Positions 1 through 13,339 of a stretch of DNA of 64,000 nt are shown here, piece after piece (within the stretch, counting starts at the first letter, position 1; every line of letters begins with the position of its first letter). This DNA is from Octopus sinensis (Eukaryota): positions 49,659-113,658 of the forward strand of contig NW_021832534.1 of NCBI RefSeq assembly GCF_006345805.1, given 5' to 3'. Below the pieces are notes generated by a model, which saw only the letters and a list, made by a program, of their open reading frames with translations, had not been told where the DNA came from and made no database searches. The position numbers and the translations under genes are program-made.

Positions 1-216
1 AAATTAATTATATATCGCTGTACTCTTTAGAGTAAGAAGTATAAACAAAATTTTTACAAAGGACTTGAGAAAGGGAAAAGCAGAATAGAATCTAGGAGAT
101 TCCTATTTATCCTTATGAGAAAGCAAGAGATATGGGAGTCCAGTTAGGTGTTAACTATAACTAAAGGCTGTAACAGTTATTTGAAAATACGTTAGAGAGA
201 CAAATCTAATTCAACC

Positions 217-253
<37 letters not shown>

Positions 254-335
254 TTTGTATTCTCCCTTATTGTATCTTATTTTAATTTATTTTATTTATA
301 ATAAACCTTTTTTGATGGCCTTTCAAAAATTCCTC

Positions 336-432
336 ACACTGATGAGAATGACAATGCATAAATTTAATTATAATTACTATGATTATAATTTTTCCTTACA
401 TATTTGTATTGTCCTTTGAAACATGCGTATGT
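336..432 (+). ncRNA. Partly decayed minimal hammerhead motif
   Basis: aca-CUGAUGA (339-345), 13-bp stem II (346-358 / 405-417, one mismatch, G.U closing), GAAA (418-421), C-AUGC-GUA, then ugu pairing with stem I. Confidence 0.55.
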
Positions 433-444
433 ATTGAATCCAAT

Positions 445-554
<110 letters not shown>

Positions 555-942
555 CAATTGAATTTTCCATGTGTAAACATGTACCACCTTACGACAATGT
601 AAACTTTCATTTAATCAAGATATCCTTGGCCTGAAGAGTAGCCTACAGTATACACCTTGCTTGGATATTTACCATTTCGGAGGTTACTCATACTATAAAA
701 TATATGTAGTCAGGATCTTATCTACTCCATTCCTTAACTCTTGTATTCTTATCCACATACCCAGCAACCCTGGTTGCCTACCATGAAATATAAAAAGACC
801 ATTTTTCAGTTTATCGAAAAAATCCACAACCTTCCATCTCACTAAATCACTCTTGTCCCTGAAATTTGTTTTTTATATTTACTACGGTTTGCTTGAAGCA
901 AACTTTTCTCTTACACCTTGATCCTTGGATCTTATATTTATT

Positions 943-994
<52 letters not shown>

Positions 995-2067
995 TATATA
1001 TATATAAGTTCATCAAAAATTTAGATTCAAATGAATATGGTACTTAATTTAGATACACCAAAATTTTGTTTGGTGTTATCCATAAAAATCCGTGGGGTGG
1101 TTATAATCAAAATAAGCAACAAGAATGTTACTACATCATTTTATTAAAATGATGTAGTACGAAACGATCGTACCAAATTACCGGAGTCGTTCTTGTTGCT
1201 TATTTTGATTATATATATATATATGTCTTATCTTTTACTTATTTCACTCCTTAGACTATAATTATGATGCAAAGAATTTTAGCTGAATAGATTGACTCCA
1301 GTAATTTTTTTCTTTTAACTGGTTCTTTATTCTGCCTGTTTTGCTGAACCACTAAGTTACAGTAAACTCACCAAGAACTGCTGTTAGGTAGTGGTGGGTG
1401 ACTAACACAGACACAAAGACACACACACGAATATATAACATCATCATCATCATCATCTGTTAAAGTCCGTTTTGCATGGCACGGGTACGACAGGCTTCTT
1501 TCAGTTTCCATCTGTCTAATCCATTCACAAGGCTTTAATCAACCCAAGACTATAATAGAAGACATCCAAGGTGTCATGCAGTGATGCTGAACCCAAGACC
1601 ATGTAAGCTGGGAACCAAACACGCCCACACCTGCACCTATAGATATCATGGCACTCCGTCGGTTACAACGATGAGGGTTCCAGTTGATCCGATCAACAGA
1701 ACAGCCTTCTCGTGAAATTAACGTGCAAGTGGCTGAGCACTCCACAGACACATGTACCCTTAACGTAGTTCTTGGGGAGATTCAGCATGACACAGAGTGT
1801 GTGACAAGGCTGGCCCTTTGAAATACAGGTACAACAGAAACAGGAAGAAAGAGTGAGAGAAAGTTGCAGCAAAAGAGTACAGCAGGGATCGCCACCACCC
1901 CCTGCCGGAGCCTCGTGGAGCTTTAGGTGTTTTCTCTCAATAAACACTCACAATGCCTGATCTGGGAATCAAAACCATGATCCTACGACCGCGAGTCCGC
2001 TGCCCTAACCACTGAGACATTGCACCTCCACATTATAGATATATATATATACATATGTATATATATA

Positions 2068-2285
2068 CAGGTGGGATGCAAAAGTAGGAATACAGTTATG
2101 AAAGAAGAAGACATGTACAATACTTATTTGTTTTTATCAAAACAATTTAAAAAGTATTATTATGATTAATGACACTGAAAATATCAAAAAAATGAGGCTA
2201 ACTTTTAATTTTTTTCATAAAAATAAATGAGAATTTTACGTGTTTTCTTTTTTCATAACTGTATTCCTACTTTTGCACCCACCAG
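2068..2285. mobile_element. Tc1/mariner-type MITE
   Basis: TA|CAGGTGGGATGCAAAAGTAGGAATACAGTTATGAAA ... TTTCATAACTGTATTCCTACTTTTGCACCCACCAG (~38-bp TIRs, AT-rich non-coding interior). Confidence 0.8.
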
Positions 2286-2767
2286 AGGTGGTATGTGATA
2301 AGTAGCTTGCTTACCAACCACATGGTTCCGGGTTCAGTCCCACTACATGGCACCTTGGGCAAGTGTCTTCTACTTTAACTGAAGGCCGACCAAAAGCCTT
2401 GTGAATGGATTTGGTACTGGAAGAAGCCCATCATATATCTTTATCTTTTATTAAACTTTTAATACTTTTGATATTTAAATACTTTTGATATTTAATACTT
2501 TTGATATTTAAAAAAAGTTTTTTTTTTAATTTTTAAATAAAATAAGATAAATAAATAAATAATTAATTAATTAATTAATAAAATAATATATAAATATAAA
2601 AATATACATACATACATATATATATATTTGTATATATATATATAAAATTTATAAGTTTAAATTATTTAAATAATTTTTTATGTTTAACTTTTAAATTAAT
2701 TTTATGTATTGGCTTATGTTTTTCACTGTTTGATTTGCCTAATAGTGGTTTTTTTATCTCTAATTTA

Positions 2768-2838
<71 letters not shown>

Positions 2839-3259
2839 ATATATGTATGTGTGTGTATATGCTTCTGTGTCTGTGTTTGTCCCCCACCATTGCTTGACAA
2901 CCAATGTTGGTGTGTTTACGTCCCCTGTAACTTAGCGGTTCGGCAAAACAGACCGCTAGAATAAGTACTAGGCTTACAAAAAATAAGTCCTGGGGTTGAT
3001 TTGTTCAACTAAAGGCAGTGTTCCAGCATGGCCACAGCTCGTGAGCTGAAACTAGATAAAATAAAAAAAAATTATTTTTAAATATATATTTGCTGTTCAT
3101 TTCGGTAAGACTACATGTTTCTGTGCAATCCTCATTATTTTAACGAGTATATTGTTTAATTGATCAGTCAACTTGAATACTCAGAGTGGAAACAGATCGA
3201 AGAATGATGGAGCGTGCAATGCGTGTGTGTGGTCTGGTATCAGCAGTGATGGTGTGAAG

Positions 3260-4435
3260 ATTGTGAGAGAGGGGGAGGGGGAGGAGGGGAAGGCAAAAAG
3301 ACTAACAAAGGGAGTAAATAGAAGGGTAAGAGTGGGAGGAAGTGTATGAAACAGCAGTCATTATATATAGAGAGAGGGAGAGAGAGAGGAGGTGCTTAGT
3401 GTAAGAGGGAGGGTGGGAGGAGAAATTGCGTGAGTGCAGTAAAATAATGAGGGAAAGTAGGAGACTGAATAGAATAACAATGTGAGGGTGATGGTGGGAG
3501 AAGTATGGAGAGATAGTGAGGGAGTATGTGGGAGGGAAAGAAAGAGAGGTTTTGTTTGTGTGAGAGAAAGAGGATGGAGTTAGTGAGAGAGAGAGAAAGA
3601 GAGATATTGAATGAAAGGACAGTAGTTGTAGTATGAGAAGGGAGAGGTAAGAAGCAGTGGATACGGGGGGGGGGGAGGAAATGGAAGATTGCAGCAGACA
3701 GGGAAAAAGAAAGAAGAGGAAAGAGAAGAATAGAGAAGAAGCAGAGGGTGATTGAAGGGGAGGAGACAATAGAGGAGAAAGGGGATGGTTAAGAATAATG
3801 GGTGTTAGTGGGAGAGAGAAAGAGAGAGTGTGTGTGTGTGATGTGGTGGAGTGGAAGAAAGTGTAAGACTACAGGTATTAGAAAGAGGGAGAAAATAAGG
3901 TGGGTGGAGAAATAGAAGGAAAGAGGATGAGAATGAGAAGAGGAAAAGAAATTTTGAGTAGAGAGAGAGAGAGAGAGAGACGAGATGGAATGAGAGAGAA
4001 TGAGTGAGTAGAGAAGGGTAATAGTGTAATGAATGAGTAGGAGAAAAGAAGATTTCAGAGGAAAGATAGAGAGGAAGACACAAGGGGAGGAATGGGGAGA
4101 GAGAGAAACAGTGAGAAAGAGAGAGAGTTGAAGAAATATTAACACAGATAGAGAAGGTGGGGGGGAGTTGAAGAGAATATTGTAAAGGAGTTGGAGGAAG
4201 AGATAGGGGAAGAGTGTGAGAGAGGGTGCAGTTGGAGTAGAGAACAAGGGGAATGGAGGGACAGTGGGTGAGGAGTAAAGATAAGGAGTAAGGTAGTAAG
4301 AGAAAAGAGAGAGAGAGAGAAATGAAGTGTAGAAATAGAAAGAGTCAAACCAAGGAGATGAGAGAGTGAAGGGGAAAGTGAAAGTAGAAATAGAAATGGT
4401 GCAACTGGAGAGAGGGGGGGGCAGAGAGAGAGAGA
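3260..4435. repeat. Purine-rich (GA) low-complexity tract
   Basis: ~1.2 kb of mostly G/A with very few C on the + strand; a similar tract lies at ~29360-29945. Confidence 0.9.
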
Positions 4436-4539
4436 ACTGAGCAACCTTCTGACCACAGATACTGCAAATTCATTTTACTGAGTTCAAATGTTATGGTGGT
4501 GGTGGTGGTGGTGGTGGTGGAGTTGAAAGACACTTCACT

Positions 4540-6480
4540 GATACAAGACCATTGTGGGGATGGATTTAAGGTCTCAGTTTAGGGAGTCAAGTCAGTTGTT
4601 AGTTTGGTGTGAAGTGTTTAGGGTTGTATGGAGTCCTGAGATGGGAACAGACCCAAGTGGGGTATCATCTGAGAAGTGGGTGTTGTTGGAGAAAAGGGTA
4701 AGTGGGATGTTGTTATAGAGAACAAGAACCATGGGGCCTCTCTGAAGGGATAGATTGTGGACTTGAGGGATCTGCATCAACACCTAATGCAATAGGGCAA
4801 CAATTTGACAAGAAATTCCTAATCCAAGTGACAAAAGATGGACGAAGGCCACAGATGGTCAGTTTTGATGAGAGATTCACTTGCAGATAGCTTTACTGGT
4901 GTTGAGGTCAAAGGTGCTGCTTTTACCGAATTTCTCAAGGGCAAAAGACCCACTGATGAGTGACACAGAAGAAAGGTCAGCATTGTGTCCAGCTTAATGA
5001 AAGCAGTCCTGGAAATGGAAGACATTGAGAGAGAGAGAGAGATTGAACGTCTCTTCCTGGAGATGGTTATTATTAATGGCTGTTTTGATATTGGAGATGA
5101 GTATGATTATTGGCTGGGTCTCAGAAGTTGCCTGTCTTGGGAATGAGACTGTGATATATATATATATATATAATACACACACACACACACACATGCATAA
5201 AGAGAAAGAGAGAGAGAGAGACAGTTAGAAGGAAAGAGATAAAAACAGTGAAAGAGAAAGGGAGACAGACAGCTTTGGCAAGTTTGGATTTAGTACAAAA
5301 GTACATTGTTTTGGGGCAGATGGAAGGGATATTGTAAGGGCTGGTGGGAAGCAATGAGAAATATTTGCATTTTTCATGGGAAGGTGTTCAGCATAAGGAA
5401 CTAGGGGGGGGGATAGTTTTAGAAGAGATTGACCAATTGCATGAAGTGTTGGTCTTGGAGGTGAAGACAATAGCAAAAGTTGGGAGCAAATGCTTTACAG
5501 AAGTGGCATGGTTGAGAAGTGAAGCAAAGAAAGATTGTACCTGGTTTGTGAGAAATCCGTTTTTGTGTTGGACCAAAAGGATCCGTTTTTAGATTGGGAA
5601 GACAGGATTGCTTATGTTGTATTGAGACATCCTTCACAGTTTAGACAATGGTCTTGCAGGGATTTGCAGAGAGTATGAGGTAGAGGGTATGAAACCTGGA
5701 CGTTATCAAAGAAGCTTGAGAGGCGGTTGGATGGAACCTACACTCGCCTCCTTATGAGAGTTCAGAATCTCTCGTGGAGGCGCCATCCAACCAAAATGCA
5801 AATATATGGGAAACTACCACCTGTGTCATCTCTTGTGAAAGGTAGGAGAGTCCAGTTTGCTGGACATTGTTGTAGAGCTGAAAAAGAGGTAATTTCTACT
5901 CTTCTCCTCTGGAAGCCATCTACTCGCAATACCAGAGGGCGCACACTCTCCTACCCTGATGTAATCTCCAGGGATACAGGCATCCAGGAACAGGACCTCC
6001 GTAATGCCATGATGGACCGTGAAGTCTGGCGTAGCATGGTAAATTCCATTGTCTTGACCACGGTCGAACAATAATAATAAATAATAATGAAGATTTGGTG
6101 AATCATTTTCCCCGAGTGTTGTTTGTGTGAACAATTGCAGCAGCTGAGGTGTGAGGGAAGAACTTGAGGAAGTCAAGTATATGAGTGTTTGCTGTGCATG
6201 AGATGTAGAGATACTTGCCTAAGATGATGGTTTCACTCAACCATGTAACTGTTTCTGATTGGTCAGTGATGGAACACATGTGTGGCCAAGAATAGTTAAC
6301 ACAGAGTTGGCAGAGCTTGGACTGATTAGCCAAGGGGCAAGGAGAATCCCCTACTCTGCAGGTAGGGACTTGTGGAGGGTCAGGGTGATAGCATTAGATA
6401 TTAAAAGAATGAAGATTTGGTCAAGATTGGTTTGGATGTTAGCCAGGGGTGTGGGGCAGTTGCTAATATTGTTGTTCTGG
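4540..6480 (-). mobile_element. Highly decayed Penelope-like element (RT and linker) relic, interrupted by the RTE insertion and microsatellites
   Basis: Frameshifted fragments resemble PLE motifs: ...HTLCKS..., FSTMPLL*SICSQ (cf. FSQxLRLRRICS), TFP*K and ISLPSAPKQCTF (cf. GTFPC...SIQGPKQSF); by-eye similarity only. Confidence 0.4.
5691..6088 (+). mobile_element. 5'-truncated RTE-type LINE (RT C-terminus plus (TAA)n tail)
   Basis: Translates to ETWTLSKKLERRLDGTYTRLLMRVQNLSW...RRVQFAGHCCR...DREVWRSMV; (taa)n tail; ATGAA at both junctions (5689-5693, 6087-6091) as a possible short TSD. Confidence 0.8.
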
Positions 6481-8402
6481 TTGTTTAAAAACTAGGTCAG
6501 TTCTAATTGAGCAATCTTATGAGAAAAGACATTCCATCTATGACCATCCTGTCTCTTTTTTTAATATACAAGAAATCCGAGACCACATTATCCATCAGAT
6601 TAGGGTGAGGGTTAATGGGAATTTGGTTGTCATTTCTAGCCAGTTGAAGGAGAACCCCTTCTCTCATTGGATTGGTGGTGGTGGTGTGGTGGTGGTGGTG
6701 GTGCTACTGCTATGCAATATATTAACTTCAAATCCCCCTCCCCCACATACTGCACTCCTCCACCCTCAACCACCAGTTCTAACCCACATCACCCCACCAT
6801 CACCACCACCACCACAGTTTGGAACAAAATCCTATTCCTTTCCCCTAATTGTGTGTGTGCATCTGTATGTGTGTTTGTGTATATGTACAAGCGTCTATGC
6901 ATGTGTACATATGTGTGCCTGTTTCTCTATGAATATGTTTATGTATGTATATGCACGTGTGTATGTGTGTTATATTTGTGTGTCTATGCATGTGTGTGTG
7001 TGTGTGTGGTGTGTTCTGTCCCCCTTGGTCCAGTCCCAGCTGGTCACTACTGGACTTGTCCAGTCACAAGTGACCTACATTACTCTTTCTGATGTCCACT
7101 TACACTGTAATTATGAGAATGGGGGAAGGGACGATGGTCGGTGCAGTGGCGTTGTTATCTGGACGGCGGGGGGGGGGTATCTGGAGCGTAGTTGGTGGTG
7201 GTGGTGGTGGTGGTGGTGGTGGTGGTGGTGGTAGTGGTGGTGGTGGTGGTGGTGGTGGGTGTGGTGAGGGGTAATGGTGGGGGTTTTGGTGTAGATAACA
7301 GAAGAGGTAGATATGATGGAGTCAAGGAGAGAGAAAGAAAGGGAGAGAGTGTGTGTGTGTGTGTGTGCGCGCATGTGTTTGTGAGTGTGTGGTTATGGAG
7401 GTGGAGGTGGAAGTATCTCTCATTTCTCTGTCCTTGTTTGTCCCCTCTATGTTTAGCCCCTTGTGGGTAATAAAGAAATAGGTATCTCTCATTTCTCAGA
7501 GGTTTGTTTCTATTGTAATACAACACATTTCTTTACCATCTCAACAACAACAACAGCATCAAAGACAGCAGTGACAATTCTTCTCAATCCCATCTTTGTT
7601 CCAGACACCATTGCACCATGACTTGAGTCCTTTCTTAAGTCATTCAGAGGAAACTTGGTTCCACGACAACACCACGTTTAAAGTAAACCTACCAAATCTT
7701 CTCTTTCTTTTCAACAACAACAAAATCTTCTATGGGCCCCCAAGGGTTGAGGCCCACTGATGTAACCCTACACCATCTCCCTGCACCATTGAACCTTCTG
7801 ATGAGAGGTTGGTGTGTGATGGAGGGATGGAACCAGTTGTTTTGCAGCAGAGGAGATATGTGGTTAACTAGTCAGAGGGAGAGAGAGAGAGAGAGTAAGA
7901 CAGAGAGACAGAGACAAAGAGAAAGTGAGAGAGTGAGTGATCAAGAATGTGAGAGAGAGAGAGAGAGAGAGTGGAAGAGCGTGAGAGTGCAGGAGAGAGA
8001 TGGTGGTGAAGTGTCAGGGCATATCCTCAAGATATGGGTATCAGCATTTCCAAGGGTGCATGAGTAGGAAGTTGGGATTTCATCTGAGTGCAAAGAGTCT
8101 GGGGTACGGAATGTAGTGACTGGTGAAACACAGACACACAGACACACATCACAGGCGTCTTTCAGTTTCCAACTTCCAAATTCATTCACAAGGCATTGGC
8201 CAGTCCAACGCTATAGTAGAAGACATTTGCCCAAGGTGCCATGCAGTGGGACTGAACCAGGAACCATGTGGTTGGGAAGCAAGCTTCTTACCTCACAGCC
8301 ACGTCTGCACCTTAGCTCAACATTCTACCCCTACGTCCAGAAAAAGTTTTATCAAATAAGACATAAACCAGGAACAGTTACACTAGATGCAAGGCTTTTG
8401 CT

Positions 8403-8950
8403 AAGCCCCTGCAACCCCTACTGTCACAGGGGGCCTTTGCAGTTGAGGGGCCCCATGTTGAGATCAAAGTAGGTAGATATGTCATCTATTGACTTTGGTT
8501 AAGATGTTGAACAAGAATTAAACTATGTTAACTGAAAATATCAAGAAATAAAATGGTAATATTATTGTACCAGCAAAAGGTCTTGTAAAAATATCACATT
8601 GTACCCCGAACGTGCACCAGACTTTGTGGATTGTCTATGATATCAATTGAACATGAACTTAGCTCTCAGCTTGGTTATTCTGAACTGATCAATAATTTCG
8701 GGAAGTGGAAAAGTGCACCATGTTTGTGTTTGAAAGTTCCTGGATTATAAAAGTGCTCTTTTATTCAAACTATGAATATGATATGTAACATACTTTTAAA
8801 GATGTTCTTTAGGATAATGTAAAATATTGAACTCCAGATAGAATGAAGTAAAATATAGCTATGAATAAATGGTGCGTAGATTATGAATTTTGATTGAAGG
8901 GATGGGGCCTTGAAGTTGCAGGGGGCCTCTAAAAGTCATGTGACAGCTGA
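8403..8950 (+). mobile_element. Decayed hAT-type transposon remnant
   Basis: GLSMISIEHELSSQLGYSELINNFGKWK resembles the hAT C-terminal dimerisation segment; GGGGCC-rich ends, ctgtcaca (8421) / tgtgacag (8939). Confidence 0.5.
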
Positions 8951-9142
8951 CTAGACATGTCATAAAACCCTGCCTAGACAATGTCTCTCATGTATGAAAC
9001 TATTTGTAGTTCATAAATACATAATCTCTCACCAGATGGAGTACATTATGCATACAGTGGCTGCCCCCTCATTATCGAGTATGGCCATTGCACGAAGCTT
9101 AATGAATGTTGTTATCGTGCAATGCCTGTGCAAGATTTTTTA

Positions 9143-10415
9143 CCCTATAGTTTACATATTTTAACCTATAGTTTACATATTTTAGATTATAGTATAATTC
9201 TTTTAGCCTATTGTTTAGATATTAGCCTATAATTTTCGTTTTTAGCCTATAATTTAGATATTTTAGTCTATAGTATAAATATTTTAGCCTATAGTTTAGA
9301 AATTTCAGACTATAGTTTGCATATTTTAGCCTATAATAAAAATGTTTTAGCCTATTGTTTAGATAATTTAGTCTATAGTTTATATATTTTAGACTATAGT
9401 TTACATATTTTAGCCTATGGTATAAATATTTTTAGCCTATTGTTTAGATTTTTAGCCTATAGTTTAGCTATTTCAGCCTATAGTTTACATATTTTAGTGT
9501 ATTGTTTAGATATTTTAGTCTATAGTTTAATACACTAGCCTATATTTCATATAACTTAGCCTATAGTGTAAATATTTTAGCCTGTAGTATTATTAGCTTA
9601 TAGTTTAGAAATTTAGCCTATAGTTTAGATATTTTAGCCTATAGTATAAATATTTTAGCCTATAATAAAAATGTTTTAGCCTATTGTTTAGATAATTTAG
9701 TCTATAGTTTATATATTTTAGACTATAGTTTACATATTTTAGCCTATGGTATAAATATTTTTAGCCTATTGTTTAGATTTTTAGCCTATAGTTTAGCTAT
9801 TTCAGCCTATAGTTTACATATTTTAGTGTATTGTTTAGATATTTTAGCCTATAGTTAAATACTCTAGCCTATATTTCATATAACTTAGCCTATAGTGTAA
9901 ATATGTTGGCCTGTAGTATAAATATATTAGCTATAGTTTAGAAATTTAGCCTATAGTTTAGATATTTTAGCCTATAGTATAAATATTTTAGCCTATAATA
10001 AAAATGTTTTAGCCTATTGTTTAGATAATTTAGTCTATAGTTTATATATTTTAGACTATAGTTTACATATTTTAGCCTATGGTATAAATATTTTTAGCCT
10101 ATTGTTTAGATTTTTAGCCTATAGTTTAGCTATTTCAGCCTATAGTTTACATATTTTAGTGTATTGTTTAGATATTTTAGTCTATAGTTAAATACTCTAG
10201 CCTATATTTCATATAACTTAGCCTATAGTGTAAATATTTTAGCCTGTAGTGTAAATATTTTATCCTATACTTTAGATATTTTAGCCTGTAGTATAAATAT
10301 TTTATCCTATACTTTAGATATTTTAGCCTGTAGTATAAATATGCTACCATGTATTTTATATAATTTACTTTATATTTTATATATTTTATCCGGTAATTTA
10401 GATATTTTAGTCTAT
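9143..10415. repeat. 21-bp minisatellite (consensus ~ttttagcctatagtttagata) with ~330-bp higher-order periodicity
   Basis: Diagnostic variant ctataataaaaatgttttagcc recurs at 9331, 9660 and 9993 (spacings 329 and 333 bp). Confidence 0.9.
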
Positions 10416-10497
10416 ATATATACATATATTTGTATACAGATATAGATATATATATATACATACATATATGATAGATATTGATATACATGTATGTATG

Positions 10498-10534
<37 letters not shown>

Positions 10535-11103
10535 ATATATATAGGTTGTAATAAACTGAGGAAAAGAAATCCTTCGAAGGGGTGTGTTAAACATCCATTT
10601 CTCTGGTACTTCAGTTGGATACCATACAAATATGAGTATAATTCGATAATAAAGATATATTAAATATAGAGATATTCTATTAACAATTCAATAATTCACT
10701 TATATTACAATATTACATTAGAAACTATGAATATGATATGTAACATAACATGATATCATATAAATAATTATAAAATCTGTCAAAGGCCAACAAATTGTTT
10801 CAACTAATATATATTGTTTCTAATATACATAATCACAGTTCTATAATATATAAGTCACTTCAGGGTCCTTGGTTCAGGAAGACGAAATCCCATCTAAAAG
10901 GACAGCTGGGTTTATAAAAATTAATTAAAATTTCTGTTGGCCTTTTATGGTTTTTTATAATTATTTTTGTTATATAAAATTATGTTGTTATATATTATAT
11001 TCATAGGATTTAATGTAATATTGTAATATAAATAAATTATTGGATTGTCAATAGAATATCTCTATATTTAATTTATCTTTTTATATATATATATATATAT
11101 ATA

Positions 11104-11136
<33 letters not shown>

Positions 11137-11137
11137 C

Positions 11138-11219
<82 letters not shown>

Positions 11220-11408
11220 CATGTGTATATATATATAAATATTAATTAGTTTATAATTTATATGTATTGAGTACTGTTTCCTAAACTGTGGTTCTCCCAG
11301 TTCAATACAGGGACACACACCAACTATATTTTAGCCTATAACCATTAATATTTAAATAAAGAGAAATCATTATCATAATCATTATCATTATCATTATTAT
11401 TATTATCA

Positions 11409-11491
<83 letters not shown>

Positions 11492-12686
11492 CATTTTTTT
11501 ATCATTGTATGGGTGGCATGCTGGCAGACTCGACAGAATGCCTAGTAAAATGCTTAGCAGTATTTCATTTGTCTTTATGATCTGAGTTCAAATCCTGCCA
11601 GAGTTGACTTTGCCTTTCATCCTCTGGGGGCAATAAATAAGAGCCAGCTAAGCACCAGGGTCAATGATACTGACTTACCCCTTCCCTTAAAATAATTTAA
11701 TATAAATAACATGAGGGCGATGACTTTAGGTAAAGATTTCTCTGTTTGTATGTTGGTTCTCGGGGTTTTACTTCCAATAAAGTCTTTCTCTTTCTTTTTG
11801 CCTTTCATTGGATGTTGTTGGGGGGGGGGCATCCTATTTGACATAAATGCCTTCCTCCCATCCATTCCCTTGAGTATGATGTGAGAAATGGAATTAAAAT
11901 AGCTAAACCTTTTCTTTAATGACCCCAGGTATTATCAACCCTAGGTATTGTTAATGACCCCAGGTATTGTTAGGTTTGAAAGACATTGTATCTATGGTAT
12001 GAAGAAGTTGTGAATGATGGTGTAGAGATCCCACGGAGGAGATATCAGACATTGTCCTTCTTGACATAATGAGAAGAAGAGACAGTCATGGCTGGAATAC
12101 CTTTGATTACACAGCAGCCCCTTTATCAGTGTTGAACTGGACTTAAACAACAAATAAAACTGGATGCCTAATCCACTATCAGGGGTCACCAAGTGCGTTG
12201 TCTTCTTGTGCTGTTTCAGGCAGAATAATGACTTCTATACATTCATTGAAGAATCATATGATTCTCACTCACTTTGACATTCTCAGTCTGAATGGCATGG
12301 AAGGAGAGCTGTTCCATAAATGGACAGAATTACCAATGGGACACTTTCATATCTTTGATTTTCTCAAACAAACTTTCTCTCACCAACAGGAATATTTCAT
12401 TTGTTCTTTGTTATTCTAGAATCGTACACCACTATGGGAGAGTTCTGTGATGAGAGGTAATAAACCTCCTGTGAAGTCACAGATCTGATCTAAACCCAGG
12501 ACACCTGACTGGAATACCTACTCTGTCCACCTTTTGACACACTGGCACAACATTGAACAATACTGAGACTGGTACTTCAACAAGAACAGTGAGAAGTCTT
12601 CCAGTTTGTAATGTTGCTAACTTATATATGGCTCCCTGCTTTCTAAGAAGAGGGCTTCAACTTTCAACTCCAAACTGACTGAACTA

Positions 12687-12719
<33 letters not shown>

Positions 12720-13339
12720 CGTGCGTGCGTGAGTGTATGTGTGTGAATATGTATATACACAAAATAAATTTGACTCAGCTCAGCATTACTCAAAGTTTAC
12801 ACGGATGCATCTGATATATTGATGGCATCTAATAAGTACCAGTAGAATACTGAGGTCAATATAATTGATTCACCCCTTCCCACAAAATTGCTGCCCTTGT
12901 GGCAAAATTTGAATCCATTATTATTATTATTATTTAAGGCGGCAAGCTAGCAGAATCGTTAGTATGTTGGATGAAATGCTTAGTGGTATTACACCCGTCG
13001 CCAAGCAGTATTTCGTATGCCACTACATTCTGGGTTCAAATTCCGCCGAGGTCGACTTTGCCTTTCATCCTTTCAGGGTCGATTAAATAAGTACCAGTTA
13101 TGCACTGGGGTCGATATAATCGACTTAATCCATTTGTCTGTCCTTGTTTGTCCCCTCTATATTTAGCCCCTTGTGGGTAGTAAAGAAATAGGTATTACAC
13201 CCGTCGCTATGTTCTGAGTTCAAATTCTGCCAAGATCAACTTCACCTCTCATCCCTTCTTATGTTCTGAGGCAGATTCTGCTGGACAACACAAAAGCATC
13301 TCATGAGCTGTGTGTAAACTCTACACCCATGAAACTTTA

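Noticed and set aside
111-200. Third hammerhead candidate (ccttatgag...gaaaatacgtta)
   Set aside because: The core is mutated and stems I and II do not pair convincingly
1950-2030. tRNA-like sequences (also 25377, 40765-40850, 42715, 55862)
   Set aside because: They are heads of multi-copy SINEs that run into SINE bodies; the cloverleaves are degenerate
9143-10415. CRISPR-like or leucine-rich-repeat coding array
   Set aside because: Tandem monomers without unique spacers, no cas genes, eukaryotic context, and in-frame stops
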